From assembly GCA_965261085.1 (NCBI GenBank), contig OZ253442.1:192001-256000 (forward strand): 64,000 bases of DNA, given 5' to 3'. Shown here piece by piece: positions 30,594 to 41,613 of the stretch. Every line of letters starts with the position of its first letter. Position 1 is the stretch's first letter. The stretch is from a bacterium. GTDB lineage: Bacteria; UBA8248. The notes under the pieces are model-generated. The model had not been told where the DNA came from. It worked only from the letters and a program-made list of their open reading frames with translations, and made no database searches. The position numbers and the translations under genes are program-made.

Positions 30594-32495
30594 TCAGTAG
30601 TTCCTCAGGTTTTCCGGCTGCGGTTCCCCGGATACGGCGACATCACTCTCGCCGGATTCATGAGCGCTGGCCACACCTGTCTCTTCATCGGCGAGAGTGT
30701 CCACGATCTCGGGCGCTTCGGTTCCCGCGCCATCCTTCACCTCGGGAAGCATCGCGCCCTCTCTCGGGATGAAGCTCTCGGCCGTCTTGGGTCTCCTCAC
30801 GTAGTCGAGCTTGATCCGGGCCACGGGCCAGGGACCCGGGAACTTGAGGTAGCCGTCGAGGTTTTCGAGGCGCATGATCTCGGAAGGCAGGGCCAGGGGT
30901 CGCATCTCCCGGCGCTGGGTGAGCGATACGCCGTCCCTCATCGCGCTCGCGCCGTAGCTCAGCCCCTCCGCGTATTCCGTTATCTCGCCGCGACCGAGAC
31001 TCTCGGCCGACCAGCGCGCCGTCTCCTGTTCGGGCGCGGCCAGCACCACCCGGGTGCAGCAGAGGCCCGACACCGTCTCGGCGCCGTTTCGCCCGTAGAG
31101 ATCGCGCAGGGCGGAGATCACCTGGATCCCGAGCACGAAGCACCCCCCGAACTGGCGCGATTCTGCGAGCCCGGGCTGGAGGCTCGGCACCTGGTGCAGG
31201 GTGGGAAGCTCGTCCAACACCACCCAGACCCGGCGCGCGTCGTCCCGGTCGAGGGACAGGAGCGCGTTCACGGCGATCTCGAGCCAGGTCGAGATGAGAC
31301 CCCGGAGACTCGCGTGCTGATCCCCTCGCGAGGTCAGGAACAGGAAGCCCGCCTCGTCCTCGCGTTCCACCCACTCCCTGATGGAGAACGGCTTCCCTGA
31401 GTCGGGCAGGCACTCGAGCGCGCCCAGGTGCGCGGTCAGCATGGCGCGCACCGAGAGAGCGGTCTTGGGGTTCTCGGGGTCCACGATGGACTGCGCCACC
31501 GTGCCCTCCATGGCCTCCGCCAGGGAGGTGAGTTCGGTCTTGAGCAAATGATCTACCAGGACGCTGTTTTCAGTGACGCCGCGCTTCCAGAGGACGCCCG
31601 CGCCGTTCGCGAACAGCTGCCGCGCGGCCGTGACCCAGAAGGGGTCCACCGTGTCCTTCTGTTGGGGGATGAGAGCGGCCGCCATCGTGTCGAAATCCCG
31701 CGGCGTCCTGGCTTCCAGGAAAGGAGACCACCGCGGCGCGCGGGCGTCCAGGGGATTCATCAGCACGTCGCGGGCGGGGTCGAAGAAAGCCCGCGTGTAG
31801 CTCCCCATCTTGTCATAGAGAATGCAGCGCTCCCCCCGTGCGCGGATCTGGGCGACTAGGTCCGAGATCAGGACGGTTTTGCCCGAACCCGTGGTGCCCG
31901 AGACGATGGTGTGCTGCGTCTCGGCGCGCTCGGGCCAGGGGACCCCCGCGATGCGGGGCGAGTCCCCGCGCGCCGCCGGAAACAGCATCTCCGCCAGGCG
32001 GCCGGAGAGAGGCCGGACGCGTCTTGCGAGCGCCTGAGCCGTCGTCATCTCGGCGCCCCGCACCCTGTGCGCGCGGGCCATGCGCCGGCCCAGGAACCAG
32101 AAGATGACCGCGCAAAAAGCTACACCGCCCAACCCGATCCAGAGACCCAGCCACGCCTTTGCGTAAACGGTATCGAGCATGCGTCTCCTGATTCGTTCGA
32201 TCCTGGGGTCACCCGCGATGACGGCTATCCGCTCGATCGTTTGTTCGCCCTCGCGCCACTCGTAGGTCTGGCGCGAATCGGGGTCGTATTTCAGGCCGAG
32301 CTTGAACTCGGCCAATACGCCGAGTCCCAGGACGCGCCATTCATGGGCGCTCGTCGTCGTGAATAGACTCACCGCAGGCGTCAGTACGATAGTCAGGACC
32401 AGCCCTAAAATCCCCCAGCGGACGAGCTGGCCCCACATGCGGGCGTCGTGAAGCAGGGTCTGGCCGCCGCGCAGTGTGGCGTTTCCGATGGTCAT
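30594..32495 (-). CDS. traD: Type IV coupling protein TraD
   Basis: Two TM segments, GTTGSGKT, YDKMG and DELPTL; start at MTIGNATLRGGQ. Confidence 0.93.
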   Translation of the reverse strand: MTIGNATLRGGQTLLHDARMWGQLVRWGILGLVLTIVLTPAVSLFTTTSAHEWRVLGLGVLAEFKLGLKYDPDSRQTYEWREGEQTIERIAVIAGDPRIERIRRRMLDTVYAKAWLGLWIGLGGVAFCAVIFWFLGRRMARAHRVRGAEMTTAQALARRVRPLSGRLAEMLFPAARGDSPRIAGVPWPERAETQHTIVSGTTGSGKTVLISDLVAQIRARGERCILYDKMGSYTRAFFDPARDVLMNPLDARAPRWSPFLEARTPRDFDTMAAALIPQQKDTVDPFWVTAARQLFANGAGVLWKRGVTENSVLVDHLLKTELTSLAEAMEGTVAQSIVDPENPKTALSVRAMLTAHLGALECLPDSGKPFSIREWVEREDEAGFLFLTSRGDQHASLRGLISTWLEIAVNALLSLDRDDARRVWVVLDELPTLHQVPSLQPGLAESRQFGGCFVLGIQVISALRDLYGRNGAETVSGLCCTRVVLAAPEQETARWSAESLGRGEITEYAEGLSYGASAMRDGVSLTQRREMRPLALPSEIMRLENLDGYLKFPGPWPVARIKLDYVRRPKTAESFIPREGAMLPEVKDGAGTEAPEIVDTLADEETGVASAHESGESDVAVSGEPQPENLRNY

Positions 32496-32663
32496 ACGAT
32501 TCTCCTTTTTCATACTGTCTGCATGGTGGTGCTGCCGGCGTCCTGGCCTCGCGAAGCGCCGCGCGGAGGTCGAGGAGGGCGGGGCCTGAAGCGAAAGAGC
32601 GGGGTCCCGGGAGAGTCCATGGCGCCCGCAACTTATCGACTCGTAATCCGGAAGGAGCGTTCC

Positions 32664-33011
32664 ATGAAAAAAGAAATACCATCCGTCAAGGCGCGTGTCC
32701 TCGTCCTGATCGGACCCGCCATCGCGTTTCTTTTCACTCTCTACGTCATAGGCGTAGGCGGCGGCGCAAACCTGCTGTTCGCCGTCTGGTTCCTGGCCGT
32801 GATCTGGACTTTCCTGACAGCGTTCGCGGGCGCCCTTTGGCATGCGTTCAGGGGGGACCGCACCGTCTTCACCGGCTACGAGCTCCCCGAAGGGGACGGC
32901 GATCGCTTCGACTGGGCCACCCGCACGGGCCGCCATGCCTGGCGCAGGGAATACGAGGAAGGTGAACTCCACGCCCATGACGACTATCCCGGTCACGGCC
33001 CCATCACCTGA
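32664..33011 (+). CDS. Small membrane protein convergent with traG; putative entry-exclusion protein
   Basis: AAGGAG RBS, two TM helices, and a 3' overlap with the traG end, the position of eex in SXT/IncC. Confidence 0.55.
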   Translation: MKKEIPSVKARVLVLIGPAIAFLFTLYVIGVGGGANLLFAVWFLAVIWTFLTAFAGALWHAFRGDRTVFTGYELPEGDGDRFDWATRTGRHAWRREYEEGELHAHDDYPGHGPIT

Positions 33012-35927
33012 TCGCCCGAAAAGCCACTCCCGCCTCCGCTTTCTTTCTTCCTCTCCGGTTCGGGCTCGGCTTTCTTCCCATCCCCCCCGGGCGCCGCGTT
33101 CCGCGCGGTGCCGTAGAGTTTTCCCCCCAGCCATTCACCGACGATCGGAACGTCCTTGACGACGTGTTCCGAGAAGGTTTTGTTGGTCTCCGCCGCGATT
33201 TCAGGACGCCCCTCCCCGATTCGCTCCCCCGTCACGCCCCTGCGGGCCGCCCGTCCGGCTTCGCGGATGTCGAGTTCGGTCTCGATCTCCGCACGGCCTC
33301 GTTCCGCCCGTTCACTGGCGTCCCCCGCCCCAGGCGTCCCGGCGCCGCGCGCGCGTTCGCGCACCGCGGACGACCAGTTATCCCAGGCCGCGTCAGCCTG
33401 ACCCACCCCCGCTTCGCGCAATCCTTCCCTCGCATGATCGAATTCCGACCGACCCGGCGGCGGGTCAGGCCCTCCGCCTGCCGGGAAACGCTCGGCGATG
33501 AAGGCGGCGGCGTGGGTCCTGAGCACCTCGGCGTCCTCTGCCGACCGGGGCGAGGCCAGGCGCATCGCGCCCGCTACGCCTATCTCGCGCCCGTCGGCGC
33601 CCTCCCCGCGCTGCGAGCCACGAGAAGAAGGGCTGGCCGAGTTCGCTCTCGATAGCACGGGAGTTTCCGCGTACCTCGGCCGCCTGGCTCGACCAGTTCG
33701 TGGCCTCCCTACGGCTCACCGCCTCCTGCTCTGAGAATCGGCGCATCTTCGTGAGGTTCGCGCCCAGACTCTCATCCAGGCTCTTCATTTCGCTCTCGCC
33801 CGACGCCGTCGTGTAGCGCCTCGAAGCGTCGGAGACACGCGACCAGAGGTCGAGCAACCCGTGCTGGCCCGCGTAGTCGGTCATCCGGTTCCAGGCCTCC
33901 CGACCGAATGTCTGTCCCCGCCAGCTCGCCGACCCGTTGGCGCCTACCTTGACGATGAAGTCGAACCCGCCTCCCATCCTCGCCTCGCCCGTCAGGACGG
34001 CGGCCTGCTCCTTCGTGATGCCGCCGGCTTGCGAGAGTTTTTCGAGATGGGATTCGAGGCTCTGCGCGCCCTGATTCTCGCTCTCCGTCACCCCCCGTGC
34101 GTGGGTGAGGCCGCTTCTCACGTCGTTTGAGAATCGCTCGACCATGGCGGCGGAATCCGTAGCGGCGGCCGTTCGCGCGGCGGCGGCTTCCGCCGAGAAG
34201 TGACGGGCCTGCTCGACGGCGGCGCCGGCCCGGACCTCGTGGCTCTGCGCCAGGGACTCGGAGAGCCTGACGCCCGCCGCGGGCACCCGGCTCGTGGCGG
34301 AACCCGCGTCCATCACGGCTGCGCCCTCGCCGGTCACGGTGTAGGCGGCGCCGCCCGGTGCGAAACCCGTGTAGCGGCCCGCGTCTACGTTCGCCGAGGT
34401 GCGAAGCTGGTGTCCTTCCACCGACGCGAAACGGTGCGTATCTGCGCTGGTGTTTCCGAGCGAGATGTTGCCCGTGGCGCCCTCCTGCGCGGCCGATGAG
34501 GCCGCGTCCTGTCCGACCGAGAGGACCGAAGTGGCGAGGCTCGTCGCGCGGCCAACCCCGTATGCCAGGGCCGCGGCCAGGAAGGGCACCGACATCGAGA
34601 GGTAGCCCGACATCACGGCCACGTCTGCCGCCACCGCCCTGATCCCCGCCTGGGCGACGAGCGAGACTCCTATGTCGCCGCCCGGCATGAGCGCACCCGC
34701 GCTCATGCGCGTTGCCGCCTCGCCCATCGCGACACGGTGTAGGATGGCGTAGAGCGGACCCCAGCTCTGCAGCCAGACGAGGCCCGAGAAATAGGAGCGG
34801 AATATTGTCCCGCCCGCGGGCGTCAACATCAACAGGACCGCCATCGGGAACGCGCCCACGTAGAGGCACTCGAAGACGATCCGAAGCATGGGCACCCAGG
34901 TCTCGGCCTGTCTTCCGATCGCCCGGTAGGCCGATACGGTCTGCGCCTCGGCGCGAGCCTCGGTATAGGATCTGAGCGCCGCTGCGTTTCCGGCCTCGGC
35001 GCTCCACTGCTCGCCCGCGTCGTGTACGGCGTTCAGCACCATCTGCTGGCGCAGCACCTCGGCCGCAGACCTCGAGGCCCCGATCAGGTAGTCGTGAGCG
35101 GCGGGAAGCGCGGCCATGAGTTCCGCCCGCGCCAACGCCTCGCTCGCCGCCCCCGGGAAGAGCCTCATCCCGAAGACGCCCGAGGCGCGCGTGATCTCCG
35201 CCCCCCAGAGTGCGTCGAGACGCGACGCGGCCGTGGCGCACGTCACGATCCCGCGGTCCAGCGTCGTTGCGCCCGTGCCTGAGGCCGCGCCCCTGCTCGC
35301 GTATTCCACCATGCGCGCGGGCGATGCGCCGGCCGAGGGCGATCCGGAAGCAGTGACGAGCGCCCAGAGGTCCGTGCTCTCGCGCAGGTCGTCTGCCGAT
35401 ATGTGGCCGAGCAGCAGAGAGTAAAACACGCACTGTCTCGCATAGGCCCTCAGGTTCCTCCCGAAGACGGCGTCGGTCACCTCCATCCGGGTCGCGGCGG
35501 CGGCGAGCCGCGCGCCGAAGATGAACCCGTATCTGCGGTAGGCCAAATCGTCCGGAAGGGAGAAGGCCTGTTCGGTCAGACGCGTGAGTCCGTCGCCCAC
35601 CCGGCTCGTGAGCGATGCGAACAGCGCGAGCCCCAGCGGCACGTTCGCCACCACCGCAGGCGCCAAAGCGGGGTCGAGCCTGTCCACCACGCGCACCGTC
35701 GCCCTGGGGACCACCAGCGCACCCCAGACGCAGGCGAATAACAGGAGCCACTTTGCGTTGTCCTTCCACGATCCCCCGAAGGCGGTGCGGAACAGCGCCC
35801 AGGCGAGTCCCGTCACGCCCGCAATCTGGGCCAGCGTCACGAAGGCGCCCCCTCCCGTGATGGCGGCCACGGCGTTTAAGAGGTCGACCAGGTAGGTCCC
35901 GCCGCCCAGGGTGAAGATTTCATACAT
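32993..35927 (-). pseudogene. traG: TraG mating-pair stabilisation protein, single frameshift at ~33604-33607
   Basis: MYEIFTLGGG..LNAVAA TraG_N domain. After ..PFFSWLAAR the protein continues in another frame (EGADGREIG..) across a G4 run. Confidence 0.8.
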
Positions 35928-35939
35928 GGGTGTTGTCCT

Positions 35940-37352
35940 CTAGCGCGCGCCCGCTGCGCCGCGCGAGAAGGCGAGCGCCGAGCGCAAATCGGCCGAGAGC
36001 GCACCGCTAAGTTCGGTCTCGATGAGACGGAGTTTTTCGACCACGGCGAGCGCGGTGTTGAAGCGTTTCAGGCCCTCGTTCCGGTGCCTGGCGAGGGCGG
36101 TGCGGTTTCTGCGCAGCCCCTCGCGCCAGTGCGTGAGACGCTCGCCGTCCGCGACGTCCATGGAGCCCGCGCGTTCCTCGATCGTGCGGTGAAGGTCCGA
36201 GACCCAGACCTGGAGCACGTCGAGCGCCACCGCTTCGGCGAGTGCTTCCACCTCCTGTTCCACCACCGCGCCCCGGTAGGCGGCTGCCGCGTTGACGAGC
36301 CGGTAGACCGGAATCGTCGTGAGGTTCACGAGTCCCAGGGCGTCGGCCGGGGGAGCCGTGTCGGCGCGCACCGCGTCGATGAGGCTACGGAGCAGTTCCG
36401 CGACCCGGTTCCTGAAACCCCGCGCCGCGGGCACCGTGAGCCTCCCGAGCGTGGGGTTGAGACACTCGACGGGAGTGTCGCACCGGTAGACGGGCAGTTC
36501 GCCGCCCCCTTCCATCAGGACCTCGGTCACGCGGCGGTCCAAAGCCAGGGGCTCCAGCACGCGCACGCGGGGACCGGAAGGGTCCGAATCCGATAGGGGC
36601 GCGGTTACGATCACGGAGCCCGATACCGACATGGCGAACTCACCGAGGTCCCGGTCGGACGCCAGGAAGCCCGAGGCCCGCACCGCGCGCCAGGCGTAGT
36701 TCACGTTGACCGGCGCCTGTTCTTTCAGAGGGCCCGTAGCCGCGGCCATGGTCGAGTTGCGTCTGCCGTCCGCGCCGCAGCCGTGGCGCGCGGCGGCGTA
36801 GTCCGAAAAAATTCCCTGCCGCGTCCCGATAGCGGCGCATATGGCGGCGCTCGCCCGGTCGTTCTTGGACCACACCGCGCCGACGAGCGCCTGGGCCGTC
36901 TCGCATGAGTTTACGTTCTGGTTGTTCACCCACTGGGCGAGCGCTCTCAGCTTCGACATGGTCTCGGCGATCACGGGTGATATGGTCTCGAGCGCCAGTT
37001 CGAATGCGAAACCCGCGGCGTTCTGCGCGACCGCACGGGCGAAGGCGATCATCTGGTCTGAATCGATGAAGGAAAAGGCGCCGGCGAACGCGTCGATGCC
37101 GCCGCAACCGGCGCGGTAGGAGGGCAGGCTCACCGTGGCGACCGATTCGGACCTCACCGGCGCGCGCAGGTAGAGGTTCCCGAGCGTCCAGTGGCCGGAC
37201 GCCTGGCCGTCGAAGGCGGTGGGTCCGGTGGTGTTCACGGCAGCGCCCCGCCAGAAGTTCTCCATCTCCGATAAGACGTCCGCGCGCGCGGGGACGGTAA
37301 AAAGGAGGGCTATGAGCAGGGCGAAGAATGAAATTTTTTGGCTAGTAGTCAC
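35940..37352 (-). CDS. traH: TraH
   Basis: Signal peptide, PSYRAGCGGIDAFAGAFSFI and NSCETAQ. Confidence 0.93.
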   Translation of the reverse strand: MTTSQKISFFALLIALLFTVPARADVLSEMENFWRGAAVNTTGPTAFDGQASGHWTLGNLYLRAPVRSESVATVSLPSYRAGCGGIDAFAGAFSFIDSDQMIAFARAVAQNAAGFAFELALETISPVIAETMSKLRALAQWVNNQNVNSCETAQALVGAVWSKNDRASAAICAAIGTRQGIFSDYAAARHGCGADGRRNSTMAAATGPLKEQAPVNVNYAWRAVRASGFLASDRDLGEFAMSVSGSVIVTAPLSDSDPSGPRVRVLEPLALDRRVTEVLMEGGGELPVYRCDTPVECLNPTLGRLTVPAARGFRNRVAELLRSLIDAVRADTAPPADALGLVNLTTIPVYRLVNAAAAYRGAVVEQEVEALAEAVALDVLQVWVSDLHRTIEERAGSMDVADGERLTHWREGLRRNRTALARHRNEGLKRFNTALAVVEKLRLIETELSGALSADLRSALAFSRGAAGAR

Positions 37353-38145
37353 TTCCGACCTCCCTGGCGGTGAGGGCGAAGATGCGCTCGGCCAGCTGGT
37401 CCTCTGCGACGACGCCGAACGATACCGGGATCGCGCGTTTGTCCTTCGTGTCGTAGAGCACGACGGCGGGCACAGCCCTGGCATGAATGCCGAGACGCGC
37501 GGCGCGTCCCGCATCGGGGACAGCTTCGGGCCAGCCCTCTAACGCTCCTCCCGTCATTGATACGGCGAGGACTTCCAACCCGTGACGAAGCGCAAAGGCG
37601 CGAAGGAGCGGTCCGAAGACTCTGCAGGCGGGACACTTATCCGATCCCAGGTAGATGAGTCCGTAGCGCTTCCCGAGCCTGGCGAGCGAGGCGTCGCGCT
37701 CGGCGCGGCGCTCTTCCGACCAGAGCCTCTTGGCGAGCGCGCCCACCGGGCGTCTCAGCGTGTAGTCGAGACCCGGGTTCGCCCAGACCGCTCGGCGGAA
37801 GGCGTCCGAGAACACAGCGGCGCTTTGTAAGACCTCCTGCTGGAGGCGCATGTAGGCCGTTACGTTTTCAGGGCTTGGCTCCAGGATCGCTTGCGCGCGG
37901 GCTTCTTCCAGAGCGCGCCGCATAGCCATGATGCGTTCCTTGGCGTTTGGAGGCTGCACGGAAGGTGAGGCTTTCGTCATCGGCGCTTCATTGTCCTTCT
38001 TTTCATTGCGGTCGCAATAGAAGTGCCAGCCGAGGGGGGAAGACGCTCCCTCGCCGCACCATGAGCGCCACTCCCGCGCTTGTGCAGGCAGTGTGGTGAG
38101 CGTCAGGAACAGGCTGGCGAGGGCGAGTTTATGGACTACTGACAT
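37342..38145 (-). CDS. traF: TraF (thioredoxin-like pilus assembly protein)
   Basis: GWHFYC, AILEPSPENVTAY, CPAC and AVPA. Confidence 0.9.
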   Translation of the reverse strand: MSVVHKLALASLFLTLTTLPAQAREWRSWCGEGASSPLGWHFYCDRNEKKDNEAPMTKASPSVQPPNAKERIMAMRRALEEARAQAILEPSPENVTAYMRLQQEVLQSAAVFSDAFRRAVWANPGLDYTLRRPVGALAKRLWSEERRAERDASLARLGKRYGLIYLGSDKCPACRVFGPLLRAFALRHGLEVLAVSMTGGALEGWPEAVPDAGRAARLGIHARAVPAVVLYDTKDKRAIPVSFGVVAEDQLAERIFALTAREVGSDY

Positions 38146-38154
38146 TACGTCTCC

Positions 38155-39225
38155 TCACTTGTTCTTCGTATAAAAATCACTGATCCGTTCGCGCATCGCC
38201 GCACCCGCCCCGGCCGCTTCAGGGAGCGCGATGGAAGGTTCGCTCGCGCCGTCCACGAGGTCCTCGGTGAACTCCGAGAGGTCCACGGCCTCGAAGTCGA
38301 TTCGCTCCATCTCCTCCACGGTGAAGCCTCGGCAACTGCCCCAGCCGAGCCCCAGCTGTTCTCGCGCCGCCTCCTGCAGGATGCGGCCGAGCTTGGAGCC
38401 GAAGACGCACCAGACACGCTCACGGCGGATACAGACGCCCAAGATTCGCTTGGCGCACCGCGTTCCCAGGTAATGCGTGTTCCCGGCGTGGCGCTCCTCT
38501 GCCAGGAGGCGCTCCGCCTCGGTGCAGTCGCCGAGACCGATGAGGAGACCCGAATCCTTGCAGCAGTTCGCCAGTCCGCCCCACCTGATCCGGCACGCGC
38601 GCCGGTTTCCGCGGAAGAACAGCAGGTTCCCCCGGTCGAATTCATCGCCGCCCAGTTCCATCACCATGTTGAGTTTGGCGGTCGAATCAATGAACCCCGT
38701 GTTGGCCCGAGAGGTCCTGGTCTCGCAGTCAGCGCCGGCGCACCAGGCGACCGAACCGCAGGTACCGCCCGATTCGGCCCGGTCGAGGCCAGCCGCGCAG
38801 TCGGATACCGACCCCGACGCCAGGCCCGAGGCGCCGAAGCGAGAAGCCTCCGGCGCGCCCTGGATTTCACCGGCGCGTCCTGCGATGGGGTCCTCCGTCG
38901 GAATCGATTCGTCCGGTCGCGCGGTCACGCCCTCGATCACGGCGCGTCCGGCCAGACCGCCTGGGTCGTCGGGATCGGCAAGGACCCCGTTCGCTGCGTC
39001 TTCCAGGTCGGCCGCGCCCAGGCCACGTTCGGGTACGTTCGTCCCGGCGTAGCCTGGCACCTTTGACGTCGAGGCCGGATCCCGCGCGAGCGCGGCTGCC
39101 GCCGCACGTCCCGCATTGCCTATTGAGCGCGCCACGGCCTTCGGGTCTTCGGCGATAGCGTTGGCGATGCTGAAGTGCGCGAAGAGAAGCAGGATGGTTG
39201 TTTTCAGCCATGGAGTCCGGCTCAT
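38155..39225 (-). CDS. traN: TraN (short form)
   Basis: Cys-rich C-terminal domain NCCKD..CVFGSKLGRILQE..CRGFTVEEMERIDF..VDLSEF. Confidence 0.88.
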   Translation of the reverse strand: MSRTPWLKTTILLLFAHFSIANAIAEDPKAVARSIGNAGRAAAAALARDPASTSKVPGYAGTNVPERGLGAADLEDAANGVLADPDDPGGLAGRAVIEGVTARPDESIPTEDPIAGRAGEIQGAPEASRFGASGLASGSVSDCAAGLDRAESGGTCGSVAWCAGADCETRTSRANTGFIDSTAKLNMVMELGGDEFDRGNLLFFRGNRRACRIRWGGLANCCKDSGLLIGLGDCTEAERLLAEERHAGNTHYLGTRCAKRILGVCIRRERVWCVFGSKLGRILQEAAREQLGLGWGSCRGFTVEEMERIDFEAVDLSEFTEDLVDGASEPSIALPEAAGAGAAMRERISDFYTKNK

Positions 39226-39935
39226 GGGTATTCTCCTCTCAGTTTATCGAGATGACTCCGCGCCGTATCGCGACCCGGCCCGCCCTCTGCCGCGATGATC
39301 GAAAGCGCGGCGTCGAGGCCGATGTTTCCTTTGACAAGATCGTGGGGAGGCGCGGGGTCCGCCGCGCAGCCACGGCTCTTACAGGGCGGGACGCCGCCCG
39401 GGACGACGGCGACGGCAGGGACTGCCGTGACCCCGAACAGCCGGAAGGGGCGCGGGTCGATAGCGGCGCCGGCGTTTGCCGGGAGATGCGCTCCGATACG
39501 CTTCACCGTGGCTCTGAGTCCTCCCCGTGCGACGCCGCGCAGGACGAGTGGGATGCCTGCTCGCGCCGCCTCCACGCTCCACTCCCGCCAGGCCGCTGCG
39601 GGAACCGAGAGGCTCATGAAGACGATGACCTCGGGACCTCGTGGAGGTTCGGAGAGCCTGCCCGCCAGTCGGCCGGCCTGATCCTCCGCCGGGAGGGGGG
39701 CGGTAGTTTCGGAGGCGTTCCTGCCCGCGCGACCGAGCGCGCGCTCCAATACCGAGCGCGACCAGGAACCGAGGTCGGCGGGTGGGGATTTTTTCGTATT
39801 CCGTAATGCCCTTTCCACCATATCCCGGGCAGTCTCTTCGGCCGTTTCCTGCGCGAGAGCCGGAGCGGACAACGCCACGAGGAGGAAGGAGCAAAAAAGC
39901 GCCATAACAGTCATATTGATCACTTTGCAGCCCAT
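39222..39935 (-). CDS. trbC: TrbC (F-type pilin assembly)
   Basis: VFMSLSVP, LVLRG, IDPRPFRLFGVTAVPA and GNIGLDAAL. Confidence 0.88.
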   Translation of the reverse strand: MGCKVINMTVMALFCSFLLVALSAPALAQETAEETARDMVERALRNTKKSPPADLGSWSRSVLERALGRAGRNASETTAPLPAEDQAGRLAGRLSEPPRGPEVIVFMSLSVPAAAWREWSVEAARAGIPLVLRGVARGGLRATVKRIGAHLPANAGAAIDPRPFRLFGVTAVPAVAVVPGGVPPCKSRGCAADPAPPHDLVKGNIGLDAALSIIAAEGGPGRDTARSHLDKLRGEYP

Positions 39936-39946
39936 TATGAATTTCC

Positions 39947-40948
39947 TTAGAGGAGGCAGCAGTTGCGCTTGCGCCAGAGGAGGTACCCGAAATTCTCCCC
40001 CGCGACCGGAAGCTCGCGGAGTGATTCCCAGAGCACGGTGGAGCGGCCCGTGGGGTTGCAGCCGGTCAGGGCCGAGGTGGCGGGGACCGGCTGGGTCATC
40101 TGCCAGCGGTACTGAGATTTCTTCATGATCGGCATGGGGTAGCGGCCGCACAGGGCCGCCGATCCCGAAGTCCCCCACGCGAGCAGGGTCCGGTGCAGGC
40201 GGAAGACGAGACGTTGCGCGGCGAGCAGCGAGGCCTGCACGCCGCCCACGTGGGCGCCCACGTTGCCGGTCAGGGGATACATCGCGCCCTGACAGCCCGC
40301 GCACCAGTACAGCGGATCGAGCGGGAGTCCCGCAGAAGCCGCCGCGCAGTCCGCGGCGCACGCCGCCTGCGCCGGCAGGTCCGCGAAGAGCGCGGCTTCG
40401 GGATTCAGCAGAAACGAGAGTTCGTCATCTCGCCAGGCGGGGTCGAGCTCCGAGACCCAGGCGATGTCGAGTCCGCCTCCTTCCAGGCAGCCCAAGTCAA
40501 TCAGCGCCCCGATCCAGGAGAGCAGCGGGTAGACGTAGTAGTGGACGTGCCAAGTGGAACCCGCAGCACCATCACCTCCAGAGGAACCAGTGCGCCCGCG
40601 ACCGGCGGGGAGGCCTGCGTCTATGGTCATTCCGCCCAGGTTCGGGAAACACCAGGGTGTCCTGCTCGCGTCGATCAGCCGTGCCGGCTCCCAGACGCCG
40701 AGCGAGAGGCCGATCCGTGGGATGGGACTCCCGCAAAAACAGATGGGAGACCCCGGGTTGGGCGTGTCCGGCGCGCCTGCGGCCGCGCCTATCCGGATGG
40801 GGCCTATCGATATCGGGAACAGACACTCCCAGCACACGTCCGCTATGGGGTTCACGAAACGACCCGTGCAGGACTGTGCAGAGGCACTCTGTGTCGAGAG
40901 AATGCAGGAGAGGAAAATGATTGGAATGATAAAAATTAGGGGCCTCAT
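39947..40948 (-). CDS. traU: TraU
   Basis: CTGRFVNPIADVCWECLFPI, WCAGCQG and WRKRNCC. Confidence 0.95.
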   Translation of the reverse strand: MRPLIFIIPIIFLSCILSTQSASAQSCTGRFVNPIADVCWECLFPISIGPIRIGAAAGAPDTPNPGSPICFCGSPIPRIGLSLGVWEPARLIDASRTPWCFPNLGGMTIDAGLPAGRGRTGSSGGDGAAGSTWHVHYYVYPLLSWIGALIDLGCLEGGGLDIAWVSELDPAWRDDELSFLLNPEAALFADLPAQAACAADCAAASAGLPLDPLYWCAGCQGAMYPLTGNVGAHVGGVQASLLAAQRLVFRLHRTLLAWGTSGSAALCGRYPMPIMKKSQYRWQMTQPVPATSALTGCNPTGRSTVLWESLRELPVAGENFGYLLWRKRNCCLL

Positions 40949-41613
40949 GGGCGGCCTCCTTCGTTCTCGGGATTCCCTTCGTCTTCCAGGGGGACTTCCG
41001 TGATCCGCAAAACCGGCCCCTCCGCTTCGAGCAGGGACGGCGTGGCGGCCAGGCCAAAACGCCTCGCGAGACGTCCGCCCTGATCGAAGTAAAACGCCCG
41101 GCCGTGCTCCCTTGCCAGGTCCAGCGGACGACCCGCGAGCAATACGATGACCGAGGTTTTTTTATGGCTAAGCGCCCATGCGACCTCGACCGGACGCGTC
41201 CCGTCGATGAACAGGAGAACGCGGGTTAAGGGGTGTTTTTCGAGGGGATTGATCCGCGTCCCCCGAGCCGCGAGCAGCACTCCGTCCGGCGCAAAGACGT
41301 CTTGTTCGACCATGACCGATGGATCGAAAAGCCGTGTCCCGTGTTCGCGCGCGGGCGCAATGCCCGATACGCGGGGAGGCGTCTCGATCCGCGCCCGCGC
41401 CAGGACGAGCGCCTCGCGTTTCATGCGTGCGAGTTCGCCCGAAGATTTCATATTTCCAAGTCTTTTTTCTATCTCATCGAGGAGGTTCGGTTCCTCGACC
41501 GGCCAGACGGCGCCGCGAACGCCCAAATCCTTCGCCGCAGCTGTTCCCGCCGCGAGAGAGAGGGTGCAGGCGAGCGCCGCCGCAAAGAACCTCCGGGGAG
41601 GAAGCCGTTTCAT
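40945..41613 (-). CDS. traW: TraW
   Basis: DLGVRGAVWPVEEP, FDPS, GTRINPL and YFDQGG. Confidence 0.93.
   Translation of the reverse strand: MKRLPPRRFFAAALACTLSLAAGTAAAKDLGVRGAVWPVEEPNLLDEIEKRLGNMKSSGELARMKREALVLARARIETPPRVSGIAPAREHGTRLFDPSVMVEQDVFAPDGVLLAARGTRINPLEKHPLTRVLLFIDGTRPVEVAWALSHKKTSVIVLLAGRPLDLAREHGRAFYFDQGGRLARRFGLAATPSLLEAEGPVLRITEVPLEDEGNPENEGGRP

Noticed and set aside
32496-33134. 846-aa TraD with long N-terminal extension
   Set aside because: The extension is the antisense of the eex-like gene and overlaps the traG end; the RBS and family start are at 32495.
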